A DNA stretch of 64,000 nt from Takakia lepidozioides (GCA_030704615.1 CM060732.1:9052001-9116000), one strand, 5' to 3'. Positions 1 through 12,481 are shown, counted from the stretch's first letter. Numbers and translations: made by a program. Notes: a model not told the origin generated them from the sequence alone.

Positions 1-1559
1 ACATTGAAGCACCTGAGGGACAAAGCGGGTGGTTAGTAGCATGCGGCATGCAATTGCAATCGGGCCAGGGGACAAAATGTGCACGTGAAGGCTTACCCGT
101 GCCGCATGTGAGGTCAAGAATCCGCCCTTGGACATCCGAGCACGTCTCCATGAGGGTTTGGATGAAAGCAGGGCTCCGGGTCCGGCTGTACCACCACGGT
201 TTGCCTGTCTTTGTGTCCTTCGGCATACTGGATTGGGGCACATAGTTGTAGAGGACATCGTAGGTAACAGGGTCCACAGCGGCATCAACAAGACGACCGT
301 CATTGCGGAATTTGAACGTAGACCCTCTCTTCACAAAACAATATGCCTCAAACACCAATGTCTGCACATCCAACAAAAGAGGGATCCACTCCAGGGTCTA
401 GTTTAGATACACCACAATATGAAGTGAATGCAATAGATTGATAACTTACACTCTGGCCCTCTGTTCGCAACCCCTGCGTATTGATGCAGAACCATTTTTT
501 CAGGAGGACCGGGGTGACACTTTTTGGTGTCCACCTTGCCACAACATTCTCTGTGGTCTTCCCTCTTGTGGCAAGGACCACCATACATCCACCGTCATCC
601 AAGAGCATCCCTGCCAGCCCAAACCCGGCTCTCCAGTAGTCCTCCCTAAACCTGTTCCAGGTGGGCACACCATCCAGGCCCTCCAATAGCTCCCCATCTG
701 GAATATCGAGGAGAATCATAACGCAGGCTCTCTCCACCTCACCCCCCCCCCCCCGAGTGCTCTTGCAATCCGTGCTCACAGCCGTGAAGAATTCCATCAT
801 GGCTTCCAAACCAGGGGTGTCTTTAGGCTCTGTAGCAGCAGCCCTCTTCTTGGCTTTCCCCTTCAGCTCCTCCAGAGACTTGCTGTGTGCCACCTTCTTC
901 GCCCTGGCAGCCAGAGCATCAAGAAAGCTCTCATTGACGCATTGGATGATAGTTGGGGATTCTAACTTTGGCCTTTGCGGAAACGTCACCGCCGAATACC
1001 GTTGTGTAGGCTCGCCCTCAAATGCCAACTTCTTGGCAGAGCCAGTCCAAGTCCGAACTGACTTGGGAACCCGGACGACCGGTGACTTGGTAGTAGCAGC
1101 AGTAGTCGCAGGACCTCGCACAAAGTCGTCGTCGGAGTCACTCCCTTGGGGCCCCTTCTGCGCCTCCTCTGGTGCCCCGGTGGTTTTCTGTTTTTTGGGG
1201 GTTACTTTACTCCCCTGTTTCCGTGTCCTTTTCATTTGTCTTTTATTCTTCTCATTCAAATTCTCCTGAATACCTGCCTAAGCAAGCTCTGCCGCTTTCC
1301 TGGACTTGACAAGTGCTTTCGCCTCCTTTGGACCCAGCGGAGGCAGCGGAGCTCGGTTTGGTCGGGCCTCCGCATCCAGCTTCAATTGGAACTCGGATGA
1401 GTCGAGCGAGCCGGGCGGAAGGTCCACATACCAAGGGCAGTCGCGCAAATGCTCCAGATGCCACTCCTTCACGATAACGTCAGTGTACATGGAGTCAGCT
1501 CCAGGCTTCCTCCATGCGAGGAAGAATGGCGGCTGGAAGGACAGATGACCTTTCTCCAA
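1..1559 (-). pseudogene. Divergent homologue of the TE-borne amino-DNA-methyltransferase-like cargo gene (spliced, frameshifted; runs off the left edge)
   Basis: The translation contains FLAWRKPGADSMYTDVIVKEWHLEHLRDCPWYVDLP (cargo: FIYSWADPSNDKTMYTAGIAKDWSRAHFRDCGWYLDLP) and MILLDIPDG...PTWN...LLDDGGCMVV...WFCINT. After an intron it reads TLVFEAYCFV...SPAFIQTLMETCSDVQGRILDLTCGT|GASM. Two intron positions match the cargo gene at 34-38 kb. Confidence 0.8.
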
Positions 1560-2139
1560 GTGGATGCATGACGTGTAGTGAGTGGCTTAAGGGCAGAGTG
1601 ACGTGGATGCATGTAAAGTGGTTTAACTGAAGTGGAACTTATTGACTATGTTCCATGATGTCTAGTATACGGTTTGACTGTAAATCAGTGATAGTGAGTT
1701 TGCTTGACTTTGTATATTTTAATATTCTACTGTGAAGCAGTAAAAGAGGACACATTTTTGTAAATATGTTTCACTCTGGAGGTGTATATACATATATACA
1801 TATAAATATAATAATACATATATATATATATGAATTGGGAGGCTTTTTATTTAATATTTGGTTTTTTGTTTATTACTGTTATTTCGTTTCTTTCATTTAC
1901 TTTTAGTTTATATCTGTACTTATGTGAATTAGTGGATATTGTATTTAATTTTTTTGATTCGCTGCACTGCATTGAAAATATATTACAAATACAACAAAAC
2001 ATAGAATACAAATACAGGTCGGAACCAAAAACATTTGGATGGCTCAAAACTGGTTTTATATCAAGAGTGATTTGCAAAACAAGTTTTGGCCACATTCTAC
2101 AAATGACCAACATGAGGGCCATGTTGCCATATCCATAGA

Positions 2140-5100
2140 TCACTGCCCAACTGAAGTCATTGAGTAAGGATAATCTGCTGTGCAGCTAGGTCCAGCACTA
2201 TCGTGGACATGTCAAGAGAACATTAGAAATCATTTTGAGAATGAATTCAGGTAGTTCCAGAGAATGGTGGTGCCAGCTACCTTGTCACCCAAAGTGACAT
2301 CCACTTCCAGGGCTGCCTTGAAATACATATCCACCAAGGCAGTGTTTAGAGTGACAACTCCAGCTTTGACGATGTCATCATGGACCTTTGTGCCCTTTTG
2401 ATGGCTGCCAGGCTCTCTGGTACAATTCCAGCTTGGATAATGTCACCATAAACCTCTTTGCCCCTTCCCAGGGCTGCTAGGCTCGCATATGCATATTACA
2501 AAAACAAATGAACATGACGGCCTGGTCTGGCTTCATCCCTTCCCATATCATTTGCTCTTATGTTTCCAAAGCCTTAATCCCATACCCATGCTGCACATAC
2601 CTTGCAATCATGGCACTCCAGAATACCACAACTCGTTCAGCCATATTGTCAAACTCTCCCTTCACATCAGGCTTGCTGCACCCACATTTGGCATACATGT
2701 CCACCAAGGCAGAGTTCAGAATGACAATTTCCCCTTTAACGATCGGCATAAGCAAGGGGAAGGAGACAGCAGAACTGCTGCTCTCTCCCAGCGCCAAAAA
2801 AACCAAAAGAAAAAAAAATGGAGGGGCTGAGAGAGCCGCCATGGCTGTGAAGTACCAGTATGCTGCAAAGTGATGTGGTTGGGCTTCACCCCTTCCCCCA
2901 TCAATATTTGATCATAGGTCTCCAAAGCCTCCATACCATGTCCCTGTTGTGCATACCCTGCAAGCATCACCCATTCACAATCTCCAAAGCCTCCTTGCCA
3001 ACCCAGTATATAGTACACATAAGTTCCTTGCTTTGCATCCTCAATGCACCCACATTGGGCATACATGTCCACCAGGGCAGAGTTCAGAATGATATCTGGT
3101 ACAATTCCAGCTTTGACAATGTCAACATAGACCTCTTTGACCTTTTCCAGGGCTGCCAGGCTTGCATAAGCATTGCAATCACACAAAAACGTGATGTGGT
3201 TGGGGCTTCACCCCTTCCCCCATCATTTGATCATAGGTCTCCAAATCCACCATCCCACGCCCTGCTCTGCATACCCTGCAATGCTTGTGAGTGTGTACCT
3301 GATTTCCAGCTTCCAGACCTTTTTGGTGTGAATCCACATCATTTGTTGGCACTAGGAAAGGGTTGAGACTGAGCTGCTCAACTACTCCTTGGTCTTACAT
3401 AGTGGGTTTACATAGTGTGCCAAGCACAACATCTGGAGCCAAAGCCTCCATCCAGTGCCCCTGCTGTGCATACCCTGCAAGCATCGAGTTCTACGACACC
3501 ACATCAGCTCTGACAATGTTGCCATGGGCCTCTTTGCCCTTTTCCAGGGCTGCCAGGCTTGCACACGCACTGCAACCGCACACAAACCTGATCAACCCAA
3601 AACCAATGGCCAGCCTCTCACTGTGGTGGCAAAGAGAAAATTCCTTTTCCTCCTCCCCCACATCATGCAATACAAAGCGCGTATCAGACACATACCCCGC
3701 CTCCTTTCATCTGCCCAGACAATCTTCTCAGCTCAGCATGGATTTCCTTAATTGGGATGCAACTTGTCATCTACAGCAAGGTGTGCACAATGTTGCCAAC
3801 CCCAATGCAGCAGCGACCTGGCTGCTTTCTAACCCCTCTGACCTTCATCATTCTTCTCACCTTTGCAGTATCATCCCACCTGCCAGCTGCAGCATACATG
3901 TTTGATACCAACACATAAGTCACAGCATCCTGTTCATCCCATTTGAGGATAGATGTTGCCGCACGTTCAGCCATCTCCACATTGCCATGGATTCTGCAGG
4001 CACCAAGCACGGCCTTCCACACCACAAGATCTGGATTGATTGGCATCTTATTAATCAGATCCACTGCCTCATCCAGTTGTCCCGCACGTCCAAGAAGGTC
4101 CACCATACAGCCAAAGTGCTTTACTGTCGGAGTGACACCATGATCTTGATTTCCTTCATTCAGTAGGCCAGTGTGGCTGCATGCAGAGAGAACACATATA
4201 AAGGTGAGACTGTCCGGCTTCAAGCCATTCTTTTGCATTTCCTTCAAATAGTTGCAGGACCTCCCTATGACCATGCTGGGCATATCCTGCGATCATCACG
4301 TTCCACGACACCACATTTCGTTCAGCCATATTGTCGAACTCTCCCTATGCATCCTCAATGCACCCACATTTGGCATACATGTCCACGAGGGTATTGTTCA
4401 TAATCACATTTGGTACAATTCTAGCTTTGGCGATGCAACCATGCACCTCTTTGCCCTTTTCCAGGGCTGCCAGGCTTGCACACGCACTGCAAACGCACAC
4501 AAACACGATGTGGTTGCGCTTCACCCCTTCCACCATCATTTGCTCATAGGTCTCCAAGGCCTCCATCCCGCCCCCCTGTAGTGCATACCCTGCAAGCATG
4601 GCGTTCCATGACACCAAATCTCGTTCAGCCATATTGTTGAACACTCCCTCCATGTCCTCAATGCCCACATTTGACATGCATGTCCCCGAGGGTGTTGTTC
4701 AGAATCACATCTGGTACAATTCCAGCTTTCACGATGTCATCATGGACCTCTTTCCCCTTTTCCAGGGCTCCCAGGCTTGCACACGAATTGCAAACACAAA
4801 AGAACGTGATGTGCAACATTTGCTCATAGGTCTCCAAAGCATTCCTACCACACCCATGCTTGGTAAATCCTGCCAACATTATATTCCACGTGATCAAAGA
4901 TGGTCGAGGCATTCGGTGGAAAACCTGGTGAGCATGCAGGATGCTCCCACACTTAACATACATGTTGACAAGGGTGTTGAGTAGAAAAACATTTGGAGTT
5001 AATCACTTTGGATAATGTGAAAGTGCACCTGTTTCCAGCTTCCAGACCTTTCATCTTGATGCACTTAAGCAAGAGACAAAAGACTTATCTGAATCTGCTG

Positions 5101-5400
5101 AAATGCCTTGTTAGTTTAAAGTTGTAGAGCCTCTGTCAGTCTGCATGCCTCACAAAGCATCTTCACATGCCCAGCAGAAGAGGCATTGTGGACTCCCTCT
5201 CTTGATCCTCTTTCAGAAGCTGTGGTCATGGTTGAGGTGCTTGATTTTATCAACCGTGCCGCTGCAGCTGCTACCTTTACTTGACCATCTAACCATGCAG
5301 GTTTCTTGTAGCTATCGATCCACATGGAATCATAGGTAATCTGGAGCTTGAAGTCCAGCCCTCTTGGATGAACCTGGACCCACACTCTATCCCTGCTCCT
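2140..5400 (-). pseudogene. PLS-class PPR protein with E/E+ and truncated DYW domain (RNA-editing factor type); fragmented and rearranged pseudogene
   Basis: Repeated motifs NSALVDMYAKCGCIEDA, AERDLVSWNAMLAGYAQHG and [18 protein letters not shown] domain HFGCMVDLLGRAGQLDEA...WKAVLGACRIHGNVE (3771-4283), PG box KQPG and DYW start [29 protein letters not shown] (3491-3691). Many stops and frameshifts. Confidence 0.9.
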
Positions 5401-5920
5401 TCAGCTATCCATGCCTCTGCACAAATCATGCATACTGCATCCTTGCCTTACTGCTAGCACCTGACAATGACAGCCTAGATTTGTTCTAGGAAACACCTAA
5501 CTCAACTTATCACACTAGTTCATATGGTCAATTGCATCTGCTACTCTTTGTAATCCAACAAGAATTCACCTTTTTGCCTCGATTGTCCCGCCGTTGCCTG
5601 GGGTCAGAAAAGTATCAGAATTCAACATGAAAATTTAGGGCCAATTCTGATAAGAGGGAAAAACAGGGTGAAATCTGTTGAAGAAGGTACCTTCATTAGC
5701 AGTGCCTGATTTTATCAATTGAGCCGCTGGTGCTGTGGCTTCCAGTTCACCATCTACCCATGCAGGTTTCGTGTAGCTATCCTTCCACAGGGAATCATAG
5801 GTAATCTGGAGCTTGAAATTCGGCCCTCTTGGATGAATCTGGACCCACACTCTATCCCTGCTCCTTCAGCTATCCAGACCTCTGCACAAATCATGCACAC
5901 ATCCTTGCCTTGCTGCAGCT
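5270..5920. repeat. Local diverged direct duplication (~5270-5455 vs ~5730-5915) at the PPR 5' region
   Basis: The block ccatgcaggtttc...ggaatcataggtaatctggagcttgaa...cttggatgaa...ggacccacactctatccctgctccttcagctatcc occurs twice. Confidence 0.8.
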
Positions 5921-6135
5921 AGCAGCTGAAGCAGCTGACACTGACGCCCTAACCCTACCTACAGTAACATGTCAGAATCGCTCCAAAACCACCATAGATC
6001 CACCAACGAGCTTCTCCTAATCTATATTATCTGTTTTTGGATACTTTCCTGCTGCCACATCGGCAGTAACTTGTCAAAGTCACTCCTAACCACCACAAAT
6101 CCACCCAACGAGCTAACTTACAGAATTCAATATGC

Positions 6136-6925
6136 ATCTCAGGGCCGAGTCTGATGAGAGGGTAAAACAGGCAGAAATAGGTTGAAGAAGAAGGTGCCCT
6201 CACCACATTGTCGACCTTGACCTTGTGTCATGACCCATGGAGGATTTGACAGACCATCAACCCAAAGATCCTCTTGTGTGTGCTGCTTGTGTCCATCGTC
6301 AGGAACTGTCGGATTGGTTTGTGAGAACAACCACGGTGCAGCTGAGCAGAGATTGAAACACGGCATGCTAAGACCAAGCTCTCTCCCAAGAACCTTGTAA
6401 ACATCAGGAAGAATACCAAATCATGGTACTAACAGGAGCCAACAGCCCACATTTACATGATGGACAAACTTCTTCACATCGTACATTAAGAAAAAGCCAC
6501 ACCTTGCGATTACGGTTGTCGCACCATCGTGAAGGATCTTTACAAAATTCATGCCTGCTCTGCTCCGTGCTGCAAATTCAGGGCCGAGTCTGATGAGCGG
6601 GCAAAACAGGCTGAAAGACGTCGAAGAAGGTGCCCTCACCACATTGTCCTCGACCTTGTGTCATGACCCATCGAGGATTTGACTGACCACCTCTTATGTG
6701 TGCTGCTTGTGTCTGTAGTCAGGTAATGTCGGATTGGTCTGCGAGAACCACCACGATGCAGCTGAGCGGGCGGAGATTGAAACACGGCCTGCTAAGACCA
6801 AGCCGACTCTCCCAAGAACGTTGTAAACATCAGGAAGAATACCATGGTACTAAGAGCCCACATTTGCAGGATGGACAAACATCTTCACATCGTACATTAA
6901 GAAAAGCCACACCTTGCGATTGCGG
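6136..6925. repeat. Diverged direct duplication (~6138-6510 vs ~6578-6925)
   Basis: The block tcagggccgagtctgatgag...gaagaaggtgccctcaccacattgtc...catcgtacattaagaaa(a)gccacaccttgcgatt occurs twice. Confidence 0.8.
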
Positions 6926-7699
6926 TTGTCCACCCAAGCTACTGCATATCCTGCAGATCCTCCCACGCAAACACAGCAAAACGATGAAGTCCCATAACTT
7001 ACTCATCGCTGAACGCAATCCCGCAACCCTAAATCCATTTTGAATTATTTGGATGAATGTATCGTAGATGGATCGATTTTGGGTTTTCCATCAATCTATC
7101 CATCCATTTAATTTTCCGTTCATCCAACAGTTGCCAGCAAGGCGTTTGCTTTATCGTTCATTTATACGTTCATCCAGAGCACACAAATTATATTTCATAC
7201 GTTTCATCCAACAGCTGCCAGCAAGGCGTTTGTTTATCATTCGTTCAGATAATTCAGTTGTTCTGTTTCACTAACCTTTCATACGTTCGTCCAATAGCTG
7301 CCAGCAAGGCGTTTGTTTATCATTCGTTTAGATAATTCAGTTTTTGTTTCACTAACCTTAACCAGCACACGATTAGTTTACTATTAATGTGCTGGGTCAG
7401 TGAAAAAATAGTTAAATGTTTTTACTTCTTATTATATAGTTTATATATTGTTATATATAGTTTATATATTGCGATTACACATGCCATTGCTTAACTGGTT
7501 GTCTCAGTCAGCTCATTTTAGGTAGTCAAAATCTCTCACTACAGTCAAAATTTTCGCGGTTGTCTAGCACCTCGAATATTTTAATATAAAATTTGACTGC
7601 AAAATGGTTGGAACAGTCGAAAGTGACAACAGTCAACGCCAGCGTCAAACTAAATCGTCGAAATTACATAGGGTGTGTTGTAGTGAAAAGGAGATTCTC

Positions 7700-8226
7700 T
7701 CGATGTTAGAAAGGAGCTTGAGGAGCAGGGTCGTATGCGCCATCTATGGGCCGAACAAAATGGTGTGGACCCAAAGGGTGTTGTACGGTGGAAGTATAGG
7801 CGCGCACCTTGGCAATGTACAAAGGAGGAATACAACAAAGTGAGAGCCACCATAGGTGCTATCCGGACACCAACCGGGTATGGATCATCCCTCCGTACAA
7901 AATTGAGCGAAGGCACTGTCCATGGTTTGAAGTCTCACGACTACCACAATATATTGCAAGACATCATTGCAGTACGTGAGACATTGACTCCCGAGGTTCG
8001 CGAGACAATCTATAGATTGGGAGGCTTATTCCGGTGGATTTGCTCCAAAGAGTTGGAGGAAGCGGATTTTCCACGCATGAAGAAGGAGGCGGCGGAGGTA
8101 ATGTGTATGTTGGAGATGAACCTTCATCCCTCCTTCTTTGACATCCAAGTGCATTTGGTAGTGCACTTAGTGGAAGAGGCTTCGATTGCCGGCCTCGTTC
8201 ATTCTCGGTGGATGTACTTCCTTAAG
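7700..8226 (+). pseudogene. CACTA (En/Spm) transposase C-terminal fragment (DUF4216/DUF4218-type region)
   Basis: TPTGYGSSL...GLKSHDYHNILQ...PSFFDIQVHLVVHLVEEASIAGLVHSRWMYF, a typical Tnp2/TnpD C-terminal signature. A CACTACAG pentamer-start at 7537 is a possible terminus. Confidence 0.85.
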
Positions 8227-8259
8227 CGCAGTCGCTCTGTTAAGTTTTTCTAAAAGTGA

Positions 8260-10320
8260 ACCGACCATCCTATGGCCGTCACTACATTTAAAATAAACAA
8301 CAAAAAAGCGACCGCCAGTAGCGGTCACTCTAATTAAAAAAATTAAACAATAAAAGCGACCGCCAGTAGCGGTCACTCTAATTAAAAAAATTAAACAATA
8401 AAAGCGACCGCCAATAACCACGGTCGCTCTATTAATTTTTTTTAAAAACGACCGCCATTACTTGCAGTCGCAACATTTTCAGAAATTAAAAATATGCAAG
8501 CGACCACCAGTAATGACGGTCGCTCTATTTAAAAAAATGAAAAATAAAAGCGACCGCCATAACTGGCGGTCGCAACATTTTCAGAAATTAAAAATATACA
8601 AGCGACCGCCAGTAATGGCCGTCGCTATATTTAAAAAATAAATAAAAAACAAAAGCGACCGCCAATAATGGCGGTCGCACATAAGTTGTATGGAGAGGAA
8701 GTGAGGGGAGAATGAGCCTCATTTGGCTTATCTGCGCCGGCCCCCGTCCCTCATTCCTCGGCCCACGCGTAAGGCACACCTTCTAAAAGTGACCGCCACC
8801 ATGGCGGTCGCTACATTTTTAAAAAATAATAATAAAGTGACCGCTAAAAAAAAAACGACCGCCATAACTGGCGGACGCAGCATTTTCAGAAATTAAAAAC
8901 ATACAAGTGACCGCCAGTAATGGCCGTCGTTATATTTAAAAATAAATAAAAAACAAAAGCGACCGCCAATAATGGCGGTCACACATAAGTTGTGTGGAGA
9001 GGAAGTGATGGGAGAATGAGCCTTCCTTGGCTTATCTCTACCCCACCCCCTCTCATTCATCTGTCCACGCGTAAGGCACACCTTCTAGAAGCGACCGCCA
9101 CCATGGCGGTCTCTACATTTTAAAAAAATAACAAAAAAACGACCGCTAGTAATGAGGGTTGCGCTATTAAAAAAACCAAAAAAAATAATAGCGACCGCCA
9201 CTACTGGCAGTCGCAACATTTTCAGAAAATAAAAATATACGAGCGACCCCCAGTAATGTCGTTCGCTCTATTAAAAAAAAAAAAAAAAAAAAACCGACCG
9301 CCAATAATGGCGGTCGCACATAAGTTGTGTGGAGAGGAAGTGAGGGGAGAATGACATTCTCTTGGCTTATCTGCCCCTCCCCTCTCATTCCTCGGTCCAC
9401 GCGTAAGGCACACCTTCTAGAAGCGACCGCCACCATGGCGGTCGCTACATTTTAAAAAAACAACAAAAAAACGACTGCCACAAACGACGGTCGCTCTATT
9501 AAAAAAAACAAACAAATAAAAGCGACGGCCATAACTGGCAGTAGCAACATTTTCAAAAATTAAAAATATACAAGCGACCACCAGTAATGGCAGTCGCTCT
9601 ATATAAAAAAATGAAAAATAAAGGTGATCGCCATAACTGGCGGTCGCAGCATTTTCAGAAATTTAAAATATACAAGCGACCGTCAGTAATGGCCGTCGCT
9701 CTATTTAAAAAATAATAAAAAACAAAAGCGATCGCCAATAATGGCGGTCGCTCTATTTTTGTTTAAAAAAAAAATGCGACCGCCATTTTCAGAAATTAAA
9801 AATATACAAGCGACCGCCAATAATGGCGGTCGGTCTATTTTGTTTTTAAAAAAATGACCACCAATAATGGCGGTCGCTGCATTTTCAGAAATTAAAAATA
9901 TACAAGCGACCGCCAGTAATGGCGGTCGCTCTATTTTAAATTTTCAGGGCCTCTCATCCCTTTCAAAAAAAAAAAAAAACACAAACAAAAGCGACCGCCA
10001 ATAATGGCGGTCGCTCTATTTAAAAAAATAAAAAATAAATGCGACCGCCATTACTGGCGGTCGCTGCATTTTCTGAAATTAAAAATATTTTTTAATAGTT
10101 TTAATAGTTTTTTAATATTTTAAAGTAAAGCGTCCCCCATATTATGACGGTCGCTTGCTTTTTATGTATTATTTATAAAAAAAATTTAAGCGAACGCCAT
10201 GTTGGCGGTCGCTCTTATTTCTAAAATTCCGAAATATAAAGCGACCGCCAGAATTGGCGGTCGCTTACATTTTATTAGTTTCCAAAATCTATTTACCACC
10301 GCCACCGTGTCGGCGACGTG
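8260..10320. repeat. ~2 kb array of short palindromes GCGACCGCCA-N(3-6)-TGGCGGTCGC in A/T-rich spacers, with three higher-order units (near 8680, 8985, 9320); probable CACTA subterminal repeat region
   Basis: Dozens of gcgaccgcca / tggcggtcgc motifs. The block cataagttgt..ggagaggaagtga..ccacgcgtaaggcacaccttcta occurs three times. The array directly follows the CACTA transposase fragment. Confidence 0.85.
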
Positions 10321-10359
10321 TCTGCTAAAGGGCCAATATTTTATCTGGTACTTTTTTTA

Positions 10360-10397
10360 CTAGAATATTCCCGGAACCTTACGTGACAGAGGTACCG
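10360..10397 (-). mobile_element. Possible Helitron 3' terminus (hairpin + CTAG followed by T)
   Basis: The minus strand reads CGGTACCT-CTGTCACGTA-AGGTTCCG-GGAATATT-CTAG-T: an 8-bp stem with one mismatch ending 12 nt before the terminus. No 5' end was found. Confidence 0.4.
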
Positions 10398-10896
10398 TCA
10401 GTGTCAGGTCTGACGTGACCTGACGCTGACTGACGGACGTGACGCTGATAACCAAGAAGAACTCTGCCAATACTGCTGTGAGTCTCTTCCAACATTTGAT
10501 TCTCTGCACTCTGAAAATCCGCCTACGACATTTTTGGGGGTGGGGGAAGGGGCTGTTCAAATGGACCACCCAGAGCCGTGCCTGTATTCTTGAGAATGTA
10601 GCCGGACAGATCATGTGGGAGAATGTAGTTGTCCATACCTCCCCTATTGTCAGGAAAGTCCTATTCTACGTAGGAGAAGTCGAGCTCCCCATGCTAAGAA
10701 ACAACACCTTCATCCGCTGAAAGATCGACTAGGACAGGAGTGCTAGAGATCGTCGTCGGAGGAGCTGCCTGAACTTCTGCAGAGTTGCCCCCGGTTTCCT
10801 TCTGAAACTCCTGCAATAACTGAGCTTCAACTCGTGGAGGGGTTTTGCTGGAGACTGCTCTGCCCTTGCTTTCGCCCCCTTCTGCTTCTTACTCTT

Positions 10897-11435
10897 TCCG
10901 TCCCCACTGTAGTGAAGGCAAGGTCCAATGGCAGTCCGGATGGAAATTCAGCATTTCTGTCCGTCCCCACTGTAATGATGGCAAGGTCCAATGGCAGTCG
11001 GGACGGAAATGCGACACCGCATTTCCGTCCGTCCCCATTGTCATGAAGGCAAGGTCCAATGGCAGTCCGGACGGAAATGCGGCACCGCATTTCCGTCCCC
11101 AATGTCATGAAGGAAGGGTCTCAGGGCAGTTTGGACGGAAATGCAAAACCGATTTTCCGTCCCCATTGTCATGAAGGCAAGGGTGTATAGTAGGTGGGAC
11201 GAAAATGCGGTGCCGCATTTCCGTCCTACTATTATGGAGGCAAAGGTAACTGGTAGTGGAGACTGAAATGCGGCACCACATATCCGTCCCCACTGTCATG
11301 AAGGCAAGGTCTAATGGCAGTCCGGACGGAAATGCGGCACCGCATTTCCATCCCCTCTGTCATGAAGGCAAGGGTGTATGGTTGTCCGAACGGATATGCG
11401 ATGCGGCATTTCTGTCCCATTGTCATGAAGGCAAC
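10897..11435. repeat. ~60-bp minisatellite, about 9 diverged units
   Basis: Unit approximately ccgtccccactgtcatgaaggcaaggtccaatggcagtccggacggaaatgcggcaccgcattt. Confidence 0.9.
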
Positions 11436-11686
11436 GGTAAGTGGTAGTGGGGACGACCGTCCCCACCACAAGCTCGAATGGCAGTCCGCCCACCTCACTT
11501 CCCCAAAATCCACTGAAGGGGTACATGTTGATGGCAGCCTGGACAAAAATGCATCATCGGAGTTCCGTCCCCTTGACATCCACCCATACTCGCTCTTCGG
11601 TGGATCAAATTTGGTGTCAGTCTGCGGCACCCCATATGAGGCAAGTGTTCTGCAATTCGAGTGATACACGACAACATTGTGGATAG

Positions 11687-12481
11687 ATGATAAGAAGGAA
11701 TCCAGTTGGGGCTGTCCCTGCTCCTACTTTCACGGGAAAATTTGTCCATGCAAAGTTTGCGGAGGCGACGACGACCCAGTTCTGGTTCTGTAGGCATGAC
11801 ATTATGACTTGTGTCTATGGAAAGCCCAAGTACGGCATACAAGCCATGCCAGAGGCTCCCCCGGTGTGGCCGGTGGAACCGGGATACAATTTGAGTCAGG
11901 TTGAGGCCGACGCCCTTACTGTAGCAGGATTTTGGATGGTGCAGCGCACTGACGTCCCCAGACAACCATTTCCGATTCCACAGCCTCCACCACCGACCCC
12001 TATGAGAGCAAGAACACACATACGTGACAACTCTAAGCATCCTACACACCGTTGGGGAAAACCGAAGAGACGACGACCTCCCTCAAAAGTGAACGAGACA
12101 AGGATAGGGAATGCATTTGGGATGAACTATATAATCCAGAGCTCAACAGAAGTGCCCCCACCAGGCTTCGGGCGTGTGTATCAGATGGCCACGGCAGGCT
12201 CAGTTGTCCGCAATGAAGTGTACACCATCACCATTTCAGAATTACCCACCTGCAATTGCACCAACTTCCAGATCATGGCGAAGAAGGGGGCATCATACTG
12301 CCCTTGCAAGCATCTGTACTACGTGTACCTAAAGAGACTCTGGTGTAATTCCACAACTCATCACTTCATACATGCACTAGCGTTGAGCCCCGACAATATG
12401 TACACTCTTCTGTACCTGTTCGGTAGAAAAGATGTGGGATTAGAGACACAGGGAAGGGAATCAACGTTATATCAGCGATGA
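11687..12481 (+). CDS. SWIM zinc-finger protein fragment homologous to the C-terminal third of the Mutator-like transposase at 29-30 kb and 39.6-40.5 kb
   Basis: APTFTG...FWFC...PPVWPV...AGF...PPGFGRVY...YTITISELPTCNCTNF...CPCKHLYYVYL...FIHA aligns by eye with APTFTG...FWFC...PTVWPV...AGF...DPGYGRVF...YEITVSNFPNCTCPNF...IPCKHLYFVFL...FIHQ. Confidence 0.8.
   Translation: MIRRNPVGAVPAPTFTGKFVHAKFAEATTTQFWFCRHDIMTCVYGKPKYGIQAMPEAPPVWPVEPGYNLSQVEADALTVAGFWMVQRTDVPRQPFPIPQPPPPTPMRARTHIRDNSKHPTHRWGKPKRRRPPSKVNETRIGNAFGMNYIIQSSTEVPPPGFGRVYQMATAGSVVRNEVYTITISELPTCNCTNFQIMAKKGASYCPCKHLYYVYLKRLWCNSTTHHFIHALALSPDNMYTLLYLFGRKDVGLETQGRESTLYQR

Noticed and set aside
661-1269. 202-aa plus-strand ORF, and similar antisense ORFs such as 31458-32225 and 2860-3366
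   Set aside because: These are shadows of the real minus-strand coding sequences and contain no recognisable motifs.
1830-2143. Overlapping ~100-aa ORFs on both strands
   Set aside because: AT-rich low-complexity sequence after a (TA)n tract, with no homology signal.
8260-10320. CRISPR array or protein-coding ORFs (8167-9436)
   Set aside because: The spacers are themselves repetitive poly-A tracts, and the ORFs are low-complexity translations of the repeat.
7537-10350. Complete CACTA element with defined TIRs
   Set aside because: CACTA at 7537 has no matching TAGTG end or 3-bp TSD that I could find, so only remnants are reported.
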